A DNA stretch of 64,000 bases from a virus. Shown in pieces: positions 47,987-58,541 of this stretch. Position numbers and translations under genes: made by a program. The notes under the pieces are model-generated. The model did no database searches and was not told the DNA's origin. It worked only from the letters and a program-made list of their open reading frames with translations. Each line of letters opens with the position of its first letter. Position 1 is the first letter of the stretch. The stretch is taken from positions 1-64,000 of IMG/VR virus record IMGVR_UViG_3300047472_000102; one strand, written 5' to 3'.

Positions 47987-49189
47987 ATGGACTGGACACC
48001 GGATCAGCTTCAGCGGGAATTAGACCGCATGAAGTCAGAAATCTTCCTTCGTAAAGGTGAGGCTGTTCTGGCACAACTCCTCTGCTCGATCCCTGTGATC
48101 TGGGCAGAGGATGCAGTCACAGCCTATACCAATAGTATGGTTGTAGCTATGAACCCTAAGTTCGTGCTCAACCTACCTATCAGGACTCGTCCTACTGTCT
48201 TGGCTCATGAGTTATGGCACATAGGACTGTTGGATATCCTACGAGGTCAAGGCAAGGAATGGGAAATCTGGAATTGGGCAACCGATTATCGACATAATGC
48301 ATATCTCCAATCGAAGGGCTATTCTTTCGATGGCACCAAACCATTTCTCGATATGAGATATTTTGGTTTGGCAGCAGAAGAAATCTACGATGATCTTCTG
48401 TTGAGAAGAGACAGTGGTACCCTTGATAATCTAGGTGCCATGTGGGGGATTACTGACGATAATGGTATGTTTGATGTCACCGATCTCAAACATCCTACAG
48501 CTGACGATGAACGCTATGAGACCATTCCTCCATTGGATGCGAACCAAGCAGCTAAGCTTGTAAACACCGTGGTTCAAGCAACTCAGTATGCTGCCCAAAG
48601 TCCAGCTGGTGGTGGAGGTGACTCAGCAGAAATTGATTTTATTAATCAGTTCTTGCAGCCAAAAATCAGATGGGAAAAGGAAATCCTACCTTTCATGACA
48701 GCAGCAGAAGGACTGGATTATGATTGGCGTATTCCTAATCGTCGTATTAGGTACACTTATCTTCCAAGCCTTCGAACCAATAGTGAAGGTGGATTGACCC
48801 ACATTGCATTCTTTGGTGATAGCTCTGGCTCAATTACCAAGAGTCAATTGGTGCGTATCAACTCCGAAGCTCGGTATGTATGGAAGCGTTTCAATCCTGC
48901 ACTTTTTACCATGATTAATTTCGATGATGAAATTGAAATGGTTAAGCAGATGAGACGTGGAGATTCCTTCGAAGAAATGGAAGTGGTTGGACGAGGTGGA
49001 ACTGATCTACGTCCAGTACGTCAGTGGATTATTGATAATAAACCAAAGGCAGTCGTAATCTTCTCTGATCTGGACTGCACTGCTATGGAACCACTGGTTC
49101 CAAAGGATATGGTTCCAATCCTATGGATCGTCTTCAATAATCCTAATGCTGCCATTCCACATGGTAGACGAGTCGATATCAACGAATGA
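47987..49189 (+). CDS. Metallopeptidase-like + vWA domain protein (N4 gp25-like, DUF2201)
   Basis: LAHELWH (HExxH), MIDAS DSSGS, GRGGTD, FSD. Confidence 0.88.
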   Translation: MDWTPDQLQRELDRMKSEIFLRKGEAVLAQLLCSIPVIWAEDAVTAYTNSMVVAMNPKFVLNLPIRTRPTVLAHELWHIGLLDILRGQGKEWEIWNWATDYRHNAYLQSKGYSFDGTKPFLDMRYFGLAAEEIYDDLLLRRDSGTLDNLGAMWGITDDNGMFDVTDLKHPTADDERYETIPPLDANQAAKLVNTVVQATQYAAQSPAGGGGDSAEIDFINQFLQPKIRWEKEILPFMTAAEGLDYDWRIPNRRIRYTYLPSLRTNSEGGLTHIAFFGDSSGSITKSQLVRINSEARYVWKRFNPALFTMINFDDEIEMVKQMRRGDSFEEMEVVGRGGTDLRPVRQWIIDNKPKAVVIFSDLDCTAMEPLVPKDMVPILWIVFNNPNAAIPHGRRVDINE

Positions 49190-49390
49190 ACCAAGAAGGA
49201 GAGGAGAAATCCTCTCCTTTATTATTGGAGATAATAATGTCAAATCTAATAGCTAAGCTACGACACCAACTTGAAGTGGCTCAAACCCTAGCTAAAGCTC
49301 ATATCAATTTTGTAGTAATACCTGCTGAAGATATCAAGGATGAGCTTCGCTTGGTTCAACTCCAAACAACTCGACTGGAGAAACTTGCAG

Positions 49391-49870
49391 ATGTATCTGA
49401 GCGACAGACAAAGGGTTGAGATAGGTCTACCCAGCCAGATGATGCTAGGTGCCTTTAAAGCAGGCGTAGAAGACCAAGGAAGCGAAGAATTCAAATCCGT
49501 GATCACTGACCTCCTAGAAGCCTCAATGGAGCCTGTGAGCGATCTTGTGTCAAAGAAGGCAGCTAAAATAATTCTTCGTATTAATTCGCTTCTCAAAGAC
49601 ATTACAGTAGAGTATGTCAAGCAAGATGCTGAAGTATCCAAGGTAGCCCTCATCACATTTCACTTCATGAGATTTATTATTGAAGATAATTATCTTCAGT
49701 ATGAGCAAGGAAGTGCATTTGACAGGTCCATACAAGCTTTCATGGAAGCATTGGAACACAAAGCCTCAGAACCAAGAGTGAATGAGTCTGCAATCAAGCA
49801 GGCCAAGAAAATGCTAAAAAGGCTTCAGGAATGGGGCTATTACCGAGGCGTACAAATCAATGATTGTTAA
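49391..49870 (+). CDS. Hypothetical protein
   Basis: 159-aa helical ORF coupled to the dCTP deaminase gene. Confidence 0.6.
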   Translation: MYLSDRQRVEIGLPSQMMLGAFKAGVEDQGSEEFKSVITDLLEASMEPVSDLVSKKAAKIILRINSLLKDITVEYVKQDAEVSKVALITFHFMRFIIEDNYLQYEQGSAFDRSIQAFMEALEHKASEPRVNESAIKQAKKMLKRLQEWGYYRGVQINDC

Positions 49871-50456
49871 TGGTCGTTTTCTTACATTGAAGGCTCCGAT
49901 CAAGAATATGATCGAGGAAAAGAAAGTCTTCAATGGTTATTCATATGGTCTCTCAGAAGCAGGGTATGATTTTAGAATCAAACAACGTGTTATCTTCAGA
50001 GCACCCAAGATCGATGCATTAATGGATATAATGAGGAATGTCTGGCATCATGGCAGCAACTACGAACTTACCAAAGAAGATAAAGCTATCCTCTATGGTT
50101 CAGTCACGGTCCACACCGAAGACGGACCCAAGACAACTATTGGCCGAACAGCTCTTGCAAGTTCAATTGAAGAATTTGAAATACCATCTGATCTTTGGTG
50201 CGAATTCAGAAACAAAAGCAGTCACGCAAGACGTTTTCTTGATGCATCTATTACAACAGATGGCGAGCCGGGGTGGACAGGCTTTCTCACAATTGAGTTG
50301 GTCTTCAATGGGATGGCCGATTATATCCTTGAACCTGGAACCCCTATCCTGAAGGCTGTATTTCATCAGCTAATGGAACCAAGAGAGTATGCAGGAAAAT
50401 ACTCTCATCAACCTGATAGACCAATAGAAGCTATAATGGAGAAGGGGAGCATTTAG
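49860..50456 (+). CDS. dcd: dCTP deaminase / dUTPase family protein
   Basis: SYGLSEAGYDFRI, KSSHAR, EPGWTGFLTIEL, YAGKYSHQ. Confidence 0.88.
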   Translation: MIVNGRFLTLKAPIKNMIEEKKVFNGYSYGLSEAGYDFRIKQRVIFRAPKIDALMDIMRNVWHHGSNYELTKEDKAILYGSVTVHTEDGPKTTIGRTALASSIEEFEIPSDLWCEFRNKSSHARRFLDASITTDGEPGWTGFLTIELVFNGMADYILEPGTPILKAVFHQLMEPREYAGKYSHQPDRPIEAIMEKGSI

Positions 50457-50470
50457 CTCCCCTTCTTTTA
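50439..50470. terminator. Bidirectional terminator
   Basis: AGAAGGGGAGC-ATTTA-GCTCCCCTTCT between convergent genes. Confidence 0.7.
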
Positions 50471-50516
50471 TTACTAATAATAATAATCCCAACCTTGGTT
50501 AGGGCGGGGGTGAGTG

Positions 50517-51809
50517 CTACGGACCAATGACAATGGGCTTAGTGCAAACACCATCACGGGCGTAAAGCTGATCCGGCCTAAGGATAGCAGCGAGTCCAGC
50601 TGCCCTTTTGGCGACAAGCCAATCCATCGCGTCAATGGCCACTTGCGTTTGGATACCAATAGCCGAAGGCGATACCTTCATGTCATGCCAGTGCGTGAAG
50701 GTAGTTGCGCCCAACAATAAGCCGCGTTCAAGCGTCGCAATAAGTTGAGCGGAAGTTAAGCTACTCGTAGACCCGTTAGACGGATGCTGACGGGCGTCTC
50801 CCTTAGCGATACCGTGTTTCGTGTAGAGATATCCGGCCTGTACCGTGCGAAGCGTCCGCATGCCGCTGTCATACAGCGCGGCAGACGATGCCAATGGGGC
50901 AACGCCGTTGGGGTAGCAGCCATGGCGGCTATTATCGGACGTCACCGCCAAACCATTTGCGGCGATGAAATCTCGAATTCCCTGGCAAGCCGCTACGGCA
51001 GTCGTCGGGTCAGTCGAGACGGATGTATCATCTGGCGTGAGATCGTTGCCAATACCCCATCCGGCATTATGCATTTCTTGCAATTGGGCGAGGGTCATAC
51101 GATTTGCCTGCCCAATAAAATTGGGTGGCAGCATTAACGTTCCTACAAGGCCCCTAGCCTGCGCTAACGGGTACCAAGTGTTGAAGTGTGTGTCAAAAAT
51201 ATCATCGCCGGTCATGGAGTAGGTTGGCATACCTCCAGCATTCTTAATGAGCGCATCAAAAGTGCCCATGGCACCATACGGACCAGTGGGGACTTGTGTC
51301 ATTCTTTCGCTATGCGCGAGTGTGCCTAGACCAGCGGTGACGGGGGCGGTGAAGTCAGATTGATGGAATAGCAGCCATTGACCGCCCGCCGCCGGTGAGA
51401 AAGCCTTCGTAACCGTAGTTGACGACGCCCCTCGCGTTAGTCCCAGCGATGCACCGGATAGAGAGAGCGCAGAGGTATCGTTCTTGCAATCGAAATAGAC
51501 CGCTATGCTGCCGAAAGTCCCAACATCTTGACTTCCGGCATTGGCCGTATTGACGCCGATCGTGGCGTTTGTAGGCGTCGTCTGATTGATATTGATGCCG
51601 GCAGCACCCTCGATATTGCTCGTCGTGTCCAGAGAGCCAACGCTTGACGCCGCGCCTTGGATTACTCTGGTGTTACCGCCAGCATCCGTCATGCTGTCAA
51701 GAGCATCGATCAACTGCGAGGCCGGAGGTACGTAAGGCCCACCCCCACCCTGTCCTATAGAAGGCTTTCCATTAAGACCGATAATATTTCTCTGCCTTCT
51801 AGAATACAT
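50517..51809 (-). CDS. Polysaccharide deacetylase-like (CE4/NodB) protein with beta-rich N-terminal domain
   Basis: MTGDD, MTLAQLQEMHNAGWGIGN, YPNG, THWH; GC-rich DNA. Confidence 0.75.
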   Translation of the reverse strand: MYSRRQRNIIGLNGKPSIGQGGGGPYVPPASQLIDALDSMTDAGGNTRVIQGAASSVGSLDTTSNIEGAAGININQTTPTNATIGVNTANAGSQDVGTFGSIAVYFDCKNDTSALSLSGASLGLTRGASSTTVTKAFSPAAGGQWLLFHQSDFTAPVTAGLGTLAHSERMTQVPTGPYGAMGTFDALIKNAGGMPTYSMTGDDIFDTHFNTWYPLAQARGLVGTLMLPPNFIGQANRMTLAQLQEMHNAGWGIGNDLTPDDTSVSTDPTTAVAACQGIRDFIAANGLAVTSDNSRHGCYPNGVAPLASSAALYDSGMRTLRTVQAGYLYTKHGIAKGDARQHPSNGSTSSLTSAQLIATLERGLLLGATTFTHWHDMKVSPSAIGIQTQVAIDAMDWLVAKRAAGLAAILRPDQLYARDGVCTKPIVIGP

Positions 51810-51869
51810 TTAATTATCTCCAGTAATATATAGATAATGGCTCCCTTTTGAGGAGCCATTCACTAAGTA

Positions 51870-52382
51870 TTAGTCTTGAAGGAATGCAAAATTAGCGATA
51901 ATGCCGTTGACGGTATATGTGGAAGTTCCCTTGGAAACGAGAGCCACATAAATATCTCGTCCAAGTCCTTCAACTACAAGACCGATATTAGTCTTGGTAG
52001 CTACACGAGATGCACCAACGTCATACCAATCACCAGTGGCAATAGAAACCACGCCAAGGAGATTGGCTGCTACGGCATCAGTCATAGCAAGGGCTGCATT
52101 TTCAGCACCAATAGAAGTTGGGGCTTTCAGAAAAAGCACATCGACAGCGCCACCAGTATCGTCCATATCCATGAAAACCATGGACTGAAGAACAGCATGA
52201 CCACCGCCCTCACGAACTGCACCAGCGATCTTCTGTGTGTCAGCAAGGAGATCACCAGATGCATATGCAGCAGTATCGAGAGTAAAGGTAACTTTACGGA
52301 CAGCAGTTACACCAGTTTCAGTAAGAGTTACTGTAGGTGCCTTTGGCATATCCGCATCACCAGAAAAATTTTGACCTGACAT
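51870..52382 (-). CDS. Putative virion (head fibre/decoration) protein
   Basis: AAYASGD start and beta-rich composition; late-strand orientation; GAGGAG RBS. Confidence 0.55.
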   Translation of the reverse strand: MSGQNFSGDADMPKAPTVTLTETGVTAVRKVTFTLDTAAYASGDLLADTQKIAGAVREGGGHAVLQSMVFMDMDDTGGAVDVLFLKAPTSIGAENAALAMTDAVAANLLGVVSIATGDWYDVGASRVATKTNIGLVVEGLGRDIYVALVSKGTSTYTVNGIIANFAFLQD

Positions 52383-52433
52383 GGGGTATGATACTCCTCG
52401 GTTAATTTAAGTAATAATTGTAGGAAAAGACTA

Positions 52434-53165
52434 ATGCCCAAGTATCAAACGAATGTCTTGCCGCCTAAAGGTAAGGGGTGGCCAAAGAAACTCTTCGTTT
52501 ATTCGAATGGTTCGAATTATCCGAAATATACATTTATTCGTGAGAATGTAAATTCCCCATGGATTGGCCATGGAATTACTGGACCATCCATCGATAGCAT
52601 TATGAAGATAGTGGAGAATTGGAAATGAAATATTTTGCTTGTTACGAGAAGAGCTACACAGGCTCTTGGACTCTAGTCGTTTATCATGATGGTAAACCAG
52701 GAAAATCCGTAAATGCCTCTGATCCAGAGAGAAGCAATTTCTTTGCAGTTCCTCCTGAAATGATAGATATCGATGGCTCCCCAAGGATGGGGGCTATCAA
52801 GAGTATATTCCCTCCACCGGAGTATTGAACCAATGAGAACAGAAACCACCATTTTTCAAAGATACTGGCCGTACCTACGAAAGTGGGGTTTCAGTCTTCA
52901 GTGGAAGGGCAAATATGGTCCTATCAATAATTTGGAAGATATTCGTCAGTATCAACAGATAGAAAAAGATAGGATCATTTATATACGCATTAGTTCAAAT
53001 AATGACCAATGCCATGTATCCTATGCCTGTATGAACCCAGATAATCCAGAACCAAATAGATGGAGGGAGAAGACTCCTCCCATTAGTTGGTATAATCTGG
53101 AAACCCTAGAACAAGCCTTAGTACTTGCTCGTGATGCAAGGAACTATTACCACGACAAGGATTAA
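52434..53165 (+). other. Three small hypothetical ORFs
   Basis: 52434-52628, 52625-52828, ~52833-53165. Confidence 0.5.
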
Positions 53166-53168
53166 ATT

Positions 53169-55676
53169 ATGGAAGTCACGCATCAGTCCGACTACGATAC
53201 CCATGCCATCATGGGTGGCTCAGCAGCCAAGGCATTTGGTATTATCAACTCAGCTGAATTCATCACCGTCCTATCCAGCACTCTTTATTCCGATGCATTT
53301 TTGGCAGTAATCCGCGAAGTTGTCTGCAATGCATGGGATGCTCACAAAATGGTGGGCAAGGAAGATATGCCTGTAGATATCACCATTGATGAGACCTCCC
53401 TGAAGATCAGGGATTATGGTCCAGGTATCGATCCAAAGAAGATGATTGATATCTATTGCACCTATGGTGGCTCAACCAAGAAGCAGCAGGAAAACCAGAC
53501 AGGTGGTTTTGGCCTTGGTTCTAAGAGTCCATTTGCCTATACGGACCACTTTACTGTTCATAATTGGTTTGGTGGTAAGAAGGCTATCTGGGCTATCTCT
53601 CGTGGTTCCAGCGAGACAGGTGGTATGCCTGATGCCCGTACCATTATTGACAATATTCCCACTGAAGAATCTGGTCTGATGGTAGATATTCCAATCCAGC
53701 AGATTGATGACGTAGCTAATTTCACTAAGGTCATTCGCCAGATCGTTATGTTTGGCGAGATGAATGTAAATCTCAATGGTGTAAAGGTTAGAACCAAGGA
53801 GATCAGCAAAGCTCACGAAGGTATTTTCTTCACCAGTAGTGAGCCTTATACCATAAATGGGTTGCTGTATGTTCGATACGGAAATGTGATTTATCCCATT
53901 ACAGAACATCGAGAATATGAACAGCTATATGCTGCTGCAACCAGTCTTATGAAACGTACTGGTCGTACTAAATCCCATGGATATGAACGTGAAAATAGAA
54001 GTCCTATTTATGCAATCTTTGAAGCAGAACCGAATTCAATTTCGATTACTCCTTCAAGAGAGTCACTTCATACTTCTGATAGGACCATTGCTACAGTCAC
54101 TAAGCTTTTGAATAAATTTCTGGACATTGCCAAAACACTTGGAGGCAATGACATGCTCTTGAAGCACGAGCAAAAAATCCTGGAAATTTATGCTGCTAAT
54201 AGCAAAGACCCTCGTGAACTAATTATGCATGATAATCTGATCAACGCTTATCATACAAACCAGAATGATAAATATGCCACATGCGTTGGGGATTTCTATT
54301 CGGTAGAGGAAATCGTTCTAGCCACAGCGTGTAATGGTTATTACTACGATGATGGTAATTTCGTAGCCAAAATGAAGGCTGCACGCCTTCGCCAGATTAT
54401 CAAGAATAAACCTACTGACTGGGATATGCTTAAAAAGGTTGAGAAAATCCTTAAGCGTGATCCAAAGAAGTGGAATGACTATCACGAGTCCAAGCATGAA
54501 AATCGTAACTTTGGTCATATCCTGTCTCGTGCATCAGCAGCTGGCCTAAATCCCAAAAATCTAATCATGTGGAATCGACATGGTTATGAAGGACGTAAAG
54601 CCTATGCTGGTCAGGAACTTTATCTGACTCAGCTTAGTCTCACTAATCTGATTAAGCTCTCTCGACGTGTTATCATGCTTGTAGAGCAGAAGAGTCAGAT
54701 TAAGACCTATGGCTTTTGGCAGGAACCAGAATGGAAACAAGTTTGGGAACACATGCCTGCTGAGGGTTGTCTTGTCTATCTGATGAGCAACAAAAAGTAC
54801 CTAAACTATGAGGATACCAAACGGTATTGGATTAAGCAGGGATATCTTGTCATTGACATGGTTGCCTACAACAGGGAACAAACCCCCCTCGTAAAGCTGC
54901 CACTCAAGACAGTTGCTGCACCTGAACCAAGGAAGCCAAAGGGAAGCTATGTCAGCTTTCTCAATGTCGTTCTAAATGGGGATGCCGGATATCGAAAGCA
55001 TCTGGAAAAACCAAAGAAGGATATGATTTATCTTACTAATCCAGAATGGATTCATCGTCCTCACAAGACTCGTGAAAGTGCTTGGGATTCCAAGATGTTC
55101 TATTGGGGTGATCATAAACTCAAAGAGATATCTGATCTCTTTGGTTCCAATGGTGCTATTGCCCTGTCTGATGATGAATACAAAAAAGGACTCAAAACAG
55201 GGTTGTTAGATGGTACTACCTATATCGTAAATAGGATTATTAATGAAATAATGAGTAATTCTAATTACAAAGCAGTAATGGAAACTGAAGGACAGTTTCG
55301 TAACCTGACTAAACATATAGGTTCTTACGTATATGATCGTCTACGTAAGACTAAAACAGGTACCCATCTTATCTCTGCTCCAGTACTTACAGAAATGGAA
55401 GAAAAATACTGGAATATGTTTTGTCATCTAGTTCAGCGTAAGAATTGGATGAGCAATGAAAACATCAAAAGTCTAGAATTGGCTTGGAATACAACTTCAT
55501 CTTGGAAAAAGGATACTAAAGATAATAGTATCCAGAAGCAGTTTTCCCGAGGTTTCGAAAGACGGCTTCCTCAAATACGCATTAACGAAATCCTAGATCA
55601 ACTAGAAAGCAAGAAGATTTCAGTGAAAGAACAGGTTTATTATGAATCTATTCTTACGATGACTCTCTTCTGCTAA
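53169..55676 (+). CDS. rIIA: rIIA-like protein (N-terminal GHKL ATPase)
   Basis: LYSD...IREVVCNAWDAH, IRDYGPGI, STK...TGGFGLGSKSPFAYTDHF. Confidence 0.9.
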   Translation: MEVTHQSDYDTHAIMGGSAAKAFGIINSAEFITVLSSTLYSDAFLAVIREVVCNAWDAHKMVGKEDMPVDITIDETSLKIRDYGPGIDPKKMIDIYCTYGGSTKKQQENQTGGFGLGSKSPFAYTDHFTVHNWFGGKKAIWAISRGSSETGGMPDARTIIDNIPTEESGLMVDIPIQQIDDVANFTKVIRQIVMFGEMNVNLNGVKVRTKEISKAHEGIFFTSSEPYTINGLLYVRYGNVIYPITEHREYEQLYAAATSLMKRTGRTKSHGYERENRSPIYAIFEAEPNSISITPSRESLHTSDRTIATVTKLLNKFLDIAKTLGGNDMLLKHEQKILEIYAANSKDPRELIMHDNLINAYHTNQNDKYATCVGDFYSVEEIVLATACNGYYYDDGNFVAKMKAARLRQIIKNKPTDWDMLKKVEKILKRDPKKWNDYHESKHENRNFGHILSRASAAGLNPKNLIMWNRHGYEGRKAYAGQELYLTQLSLTNLIKLSRRVIMLVEQKSQIKTYGFWQEPEWKQVWEHMPAEGCLVYLMSNKKYLNYEDTKRYWIKQGYLVIDMVAYNREQTPLVKLPLKTVAAPEPRKPKGSYVSFLNVVLNGDAGYRKHLEKPKKDMIYLTNPEWIHRPHKTRESAWDSKMFYWGDHKLKEISDLFGSNGAIALSDDEYKKGLKTGLLDGTTYIVNRIINEIMSNSNYKAVMETEGQFRNLTKHIGSYVYDRLRKTKTGTHLISAPVLTEMEEKYWNMFCHLVQRKNWMSNENIKSLELAWNTTSSWKKDTKDNSIQKQFSRGFERRLPQIRINEILDQLESKKISVKEQVYYESILTMTLFC

Positions 55677-55694
55677 GAAAAGGAAACCCATTAA

Positions 55695-57497
55695 ATGGCT
55701 AAGGTCATTACAGTGGTTGCCGCCACTGTCGATAAAGTGAAGGTAGTCTTCTATACCGATACTGGCTCAACCGAAGTTATCAAGCAGGGAGACCCTCGTC
55801 TTACCGAATTGCTTGCAACCCTCATGCCACGAATCAATCGTGGTGAACGTGTAACTATCGATCTCGGTAGTTACTCCCTCTATGGTCAGTTCGAGAAGAA
55901 GAGCAACATGCTTGTTCGATTCTTCAAGGCTGCGAAGTCTGCCGTTCAGGCTGTGGTAGAAACACTAGTTCAGTCAGATATACCCGTGGACAGTGATGTA
56001 CCACAGCAGACGGTCAATCCTGTAGTTCAATCTCAAACCCCTCCTACAGTGGCTCCTACGGCCCCTGTAGAGGAACCAAAGGTAGAAGCTACTATTCCTG
56101 CTCCTGCTCCTCAGAAGCCACGCTATGAGGATTTGAAGGACAAGCTTGAACCGGTAGCAGATGACAATCTTCAGCCTGATGAGACTCTGGTAGCCGTCAT
56201 TAATGGTGTGGCTATTCCAGGAATCGAAAAGCTGAAGCCTTATCTGGCTCATGCAGTCAAGCACAACTCTACCAAGGCTGTTGTTTCATTCCTCGAACGT
56301 ATTAGTCGAGTAATCGACCAGCGTGGTCATTCCATTCCAGATCTGCTTAGGTTCTTGGAACGTGGTGACCTTCCTTTGGCTGAGGATGGTAGCATTATTG
56401 CCTATAAGATTCTCAGGAAGTCAAAGGAACATCAGGGCTTCAAGTATGTAGATTGCCACTCTGGCAAGGTGCATCAACGAGTGGGTACCTATGTACGTGT
56501 CGAAGAGAAACTCGTAGACAAGAATCGTCATAACGAATGTTCCAATGGTCTCCATGTCGCTCGACGTGGCTACATTGGTCAATTCTCAGGTGACGTTTGC
56601 GTCATGATCAAGATGCCTCCAGAGGACGTGATTGCAGTTCCACATAACGATCCTAACAAGGTTCGTTGCATGGGCTACCACATCATCTTTGAGCTTCCAG
56701 ATCACGTCTACAACGTCCTTCGTGCCAATCGTCCAATGACCTCTGATAGTGAAGCAGCAGCAATGCTTGCCAAGGCAATCAGTGGGGATCACATTGGTGT
56801 CACCGAGGAAGTCTGGATTGGTGGTCAAAAGGGCTCAAACCTCTCCATCAAGAATGCCATCCATCCTGAAGACTTCGAAAAGGAAGTGAAGAAGGCTGTA
56901 GTTACAGAAACAGCAAATGTTCCTGAATCTGCAAAGGCATTCGATCATGATGGGGAAGATAAACCTGTAGACGCTGTCTACGTTGATCCTCGTGCCATGG
57001 CAAAAGAGATCAAGGAAGACAAGGCCAAGGCTGCTCTTGAAACGCCTCTGGATGATTACAATAGGATTATCCAGACTAATGACAGAGTTGGTGCTCAGGC
57101 TTGGATCGACAAGAAGAAACGGGCTAAGAAGCCCTATACTTCTTGGGGTCTTCCAGAAAATGCAGGTGAACGTCTGAAGGCTATCATTGATGGTTATAAA
57201 GCTGAAATCACTAATGCAGTAGCATCACATGTGACTTCTGATAAGGATGATCCTATCGTAAGTCATAATGCAAAAGCTGCACAAACTGAACCAAAGGATC
57301 AGAAAGCTGATGAGTTCTTTGGAACCAAAAAGGTAAAGCCCATGGGTAATGCTGAAAAGGCTCGGAAGATGTTCGAGCAGAAGGATTGGCGTAATCTGTG
57401 GATTCTCAAGAAGACTGCAAAGAAATCTTGGGAAGCCCTTGGATTCAACACCAAGGAAGAAGAACGGATTAAGACGAATAAACCGTCTGATTTGTAA
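55695..57497 (+). CDS. rIIB: rIIB-like protein
   Basis: LPLAEDGSIIAYK, DCHSG, CSNGLHVA, PEDVIAVP...KVR; follows rIIA. Confidence 0.88.
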   Translation: MAKVITVVAATVDKVKVVFYTDTGSTEVIKQGDPRLTELLATLMPRINRGERVTIDLGSYSLYGQFEKKSNMLVRFFKAAKSAVQAVVETLVQSDIPVDSDVPQQTVNPVVQSQTPPTVAPTAPVEEPKVEATIPAPAPQKPRYEDLKDKLEPVADDNLQPDETLVAVINGVAIPGIEKLKPYLAHAVKHNSTKAVVSFLERISRVIDQRGHSIPDLLRFLERGDLPLAEDGSIIAYKILRKSKEHQGFKYVDCHSGKVHQRVGTYVRVEEKLVDKNRHNECSNGLHVARRGYIGQFSGDVCVMIKMPPEDVIAVPHNDPNKVRCMGYHIIFELPDHVYNVLRANRPMTSDSEAAAMLAKAISGDHIGVTEEVWIGGQKGSNLSIKNAIHPEDFEKEVKKAVVTETANVPESAKAFDHDGEDKPVDAVYVDPRAMAKEIKEDKAKAALETPLDDYNRIIQTNDRVGAQAWIDKKKRAKKPYTSWGLPENAGERLKAIIDGYKAEITNAVASHVTSDKDDPIVSHNAKAAQTEPKDQKADEFFGTKKVKPMGNAEKARKMFEQKDWRNLWILKKTAKKSWEALGFNTKEEERIKTNKPSDL

Positions 57498-57551
57498 ACA
57501 TATAAGGGGAGGCTTCGGCCTCCCTTTTTCATTAGTAAGGATAATAATAAA

Positions 57552-57755
57552 ATGAACATTGAGCGTGTTAAAAATGCTCTCACACCTGATTTCAATTCTC
57601 AGGGTGCCTATACAGGTAGAATAATCCAGAGAGAAACATTTGTAATTCCTGATAGTGAAGGTAATCCTATCCAGGTAGAGCGTGATGTTGTAATCACTTG
57701 GGATACTATCAAGGAGATTCTCTCCTTGGTTCGAGAACGTGCTCAATTAGATTAG
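57552..57755 (+). CDS. Hypothetical protein
   Basis: AAGGA RBS; follows the terminator at 57505-57530. Confidence 0.55.
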   Translation: MNIERVKNALTPDFNSQGAYTGRIIQRETFVIPDSEGNPIQVERDVVITWDTIKEILSLVRERAQLD

Positions 57756-57763
57756 AGGCAATA

Positions 57764-58060
57764 ATGGCTACGGCCCGTGTGCAAACCGAAGTGCTCATGA
57801 AGCTGAATGACTTAGGTCTTTCATTAAAACGAATTGGCGAGCTTACCGGTTACCACTGGACAACTGTCAAAGAACGTCTTGAGGAAGCTGGAATACCTCG
57901 TACGGACACACGACGCTCTTTCATGGATGAAATCTATGGCAAGCTAACCCCTCAGCAGAGGGAATGGCTTTCCGAAGAGATTAATCTAGGCCAACCCATA
58001 GCATCCTTTCTGAGGATGCTTATCATTGAGAAATATAACTCAAGAAAGAGAGTCAAATAA
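57764..58060 (+). CDS. HTH DNA-binding protein
   Basis: GLSLKRIGELTGYHWTTVKERL helix-turn-helix; DTRRSFM. Confidence 0.75.
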   Translation: MATARVQTEVLMKLNDLGLSLKRIGELTGYHWTTVKERLEEAGIPRTDTRRSFMDEIYGKLTPQQREWLSEEINLGQPIASFLRMLIIEKYNSRKRVK

Positions 58061-58512
58061 TGTTGTGTTACAAAGGCATTGAAGATTCTGTTGCTTGGAT
58101 CGCAAAGGCAAAACCTGAACCAAGTGATAAGGATCGTAGTACTCAATTAGGAGTACATGTAGAAGAATTCGCAGAGATGCTTGTAGAAGTCGATACAAAT
58201 GACCCTTTGCTTAAAAAAGCATTGAATATTCTATATGTACAAGCTCACTTTGTTTCTAGATTATTGAAAGAAACAGAGTACAAACTTGAGATTCAAGGGC
58301 GTGTAGGCTTCCTTGATAGTCTGGCAGATCAAGCAGTTACTTTGGCTGCTGTGGCTCAACTTAATGGCATGGACATTGTTAATGCCCTTAATGAAGTTAA
58401 TCGCTCCAACTGGTCAAAGTTCGATGAGAACGATAATCCGATCCTTGACAATAATCGCAAGATCATTAAAGGTCCGTATTATTCAAAACCTAATCTCACT
58501 AATTTAGTGTGA
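58060..58512 (+). CDS. MazG-like NTP pyrophosphohydrolase
   Basis: EEFAEM, DSLAD, EVNRSNWSKF, KIIKGP.Y..P.L. Confidence 0.85.
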   Translation: MLCYKGIEDSVAWIAKAKPEPSDKDRSTQLGVHVEEFAEMLVEVDTNDPLLKKALNILYVQAHFVSRLLKETEYKLEIQGRVGFLDSLADQAVTLAAVAQLNGMDIVNALNEVNRSNWSKFDENDNPILDNNRKIIKGPYYSKPNLTNLV

Positions 58513-58541
58513 TTAATAAAAACCCAAAGGAATTAACTTCA

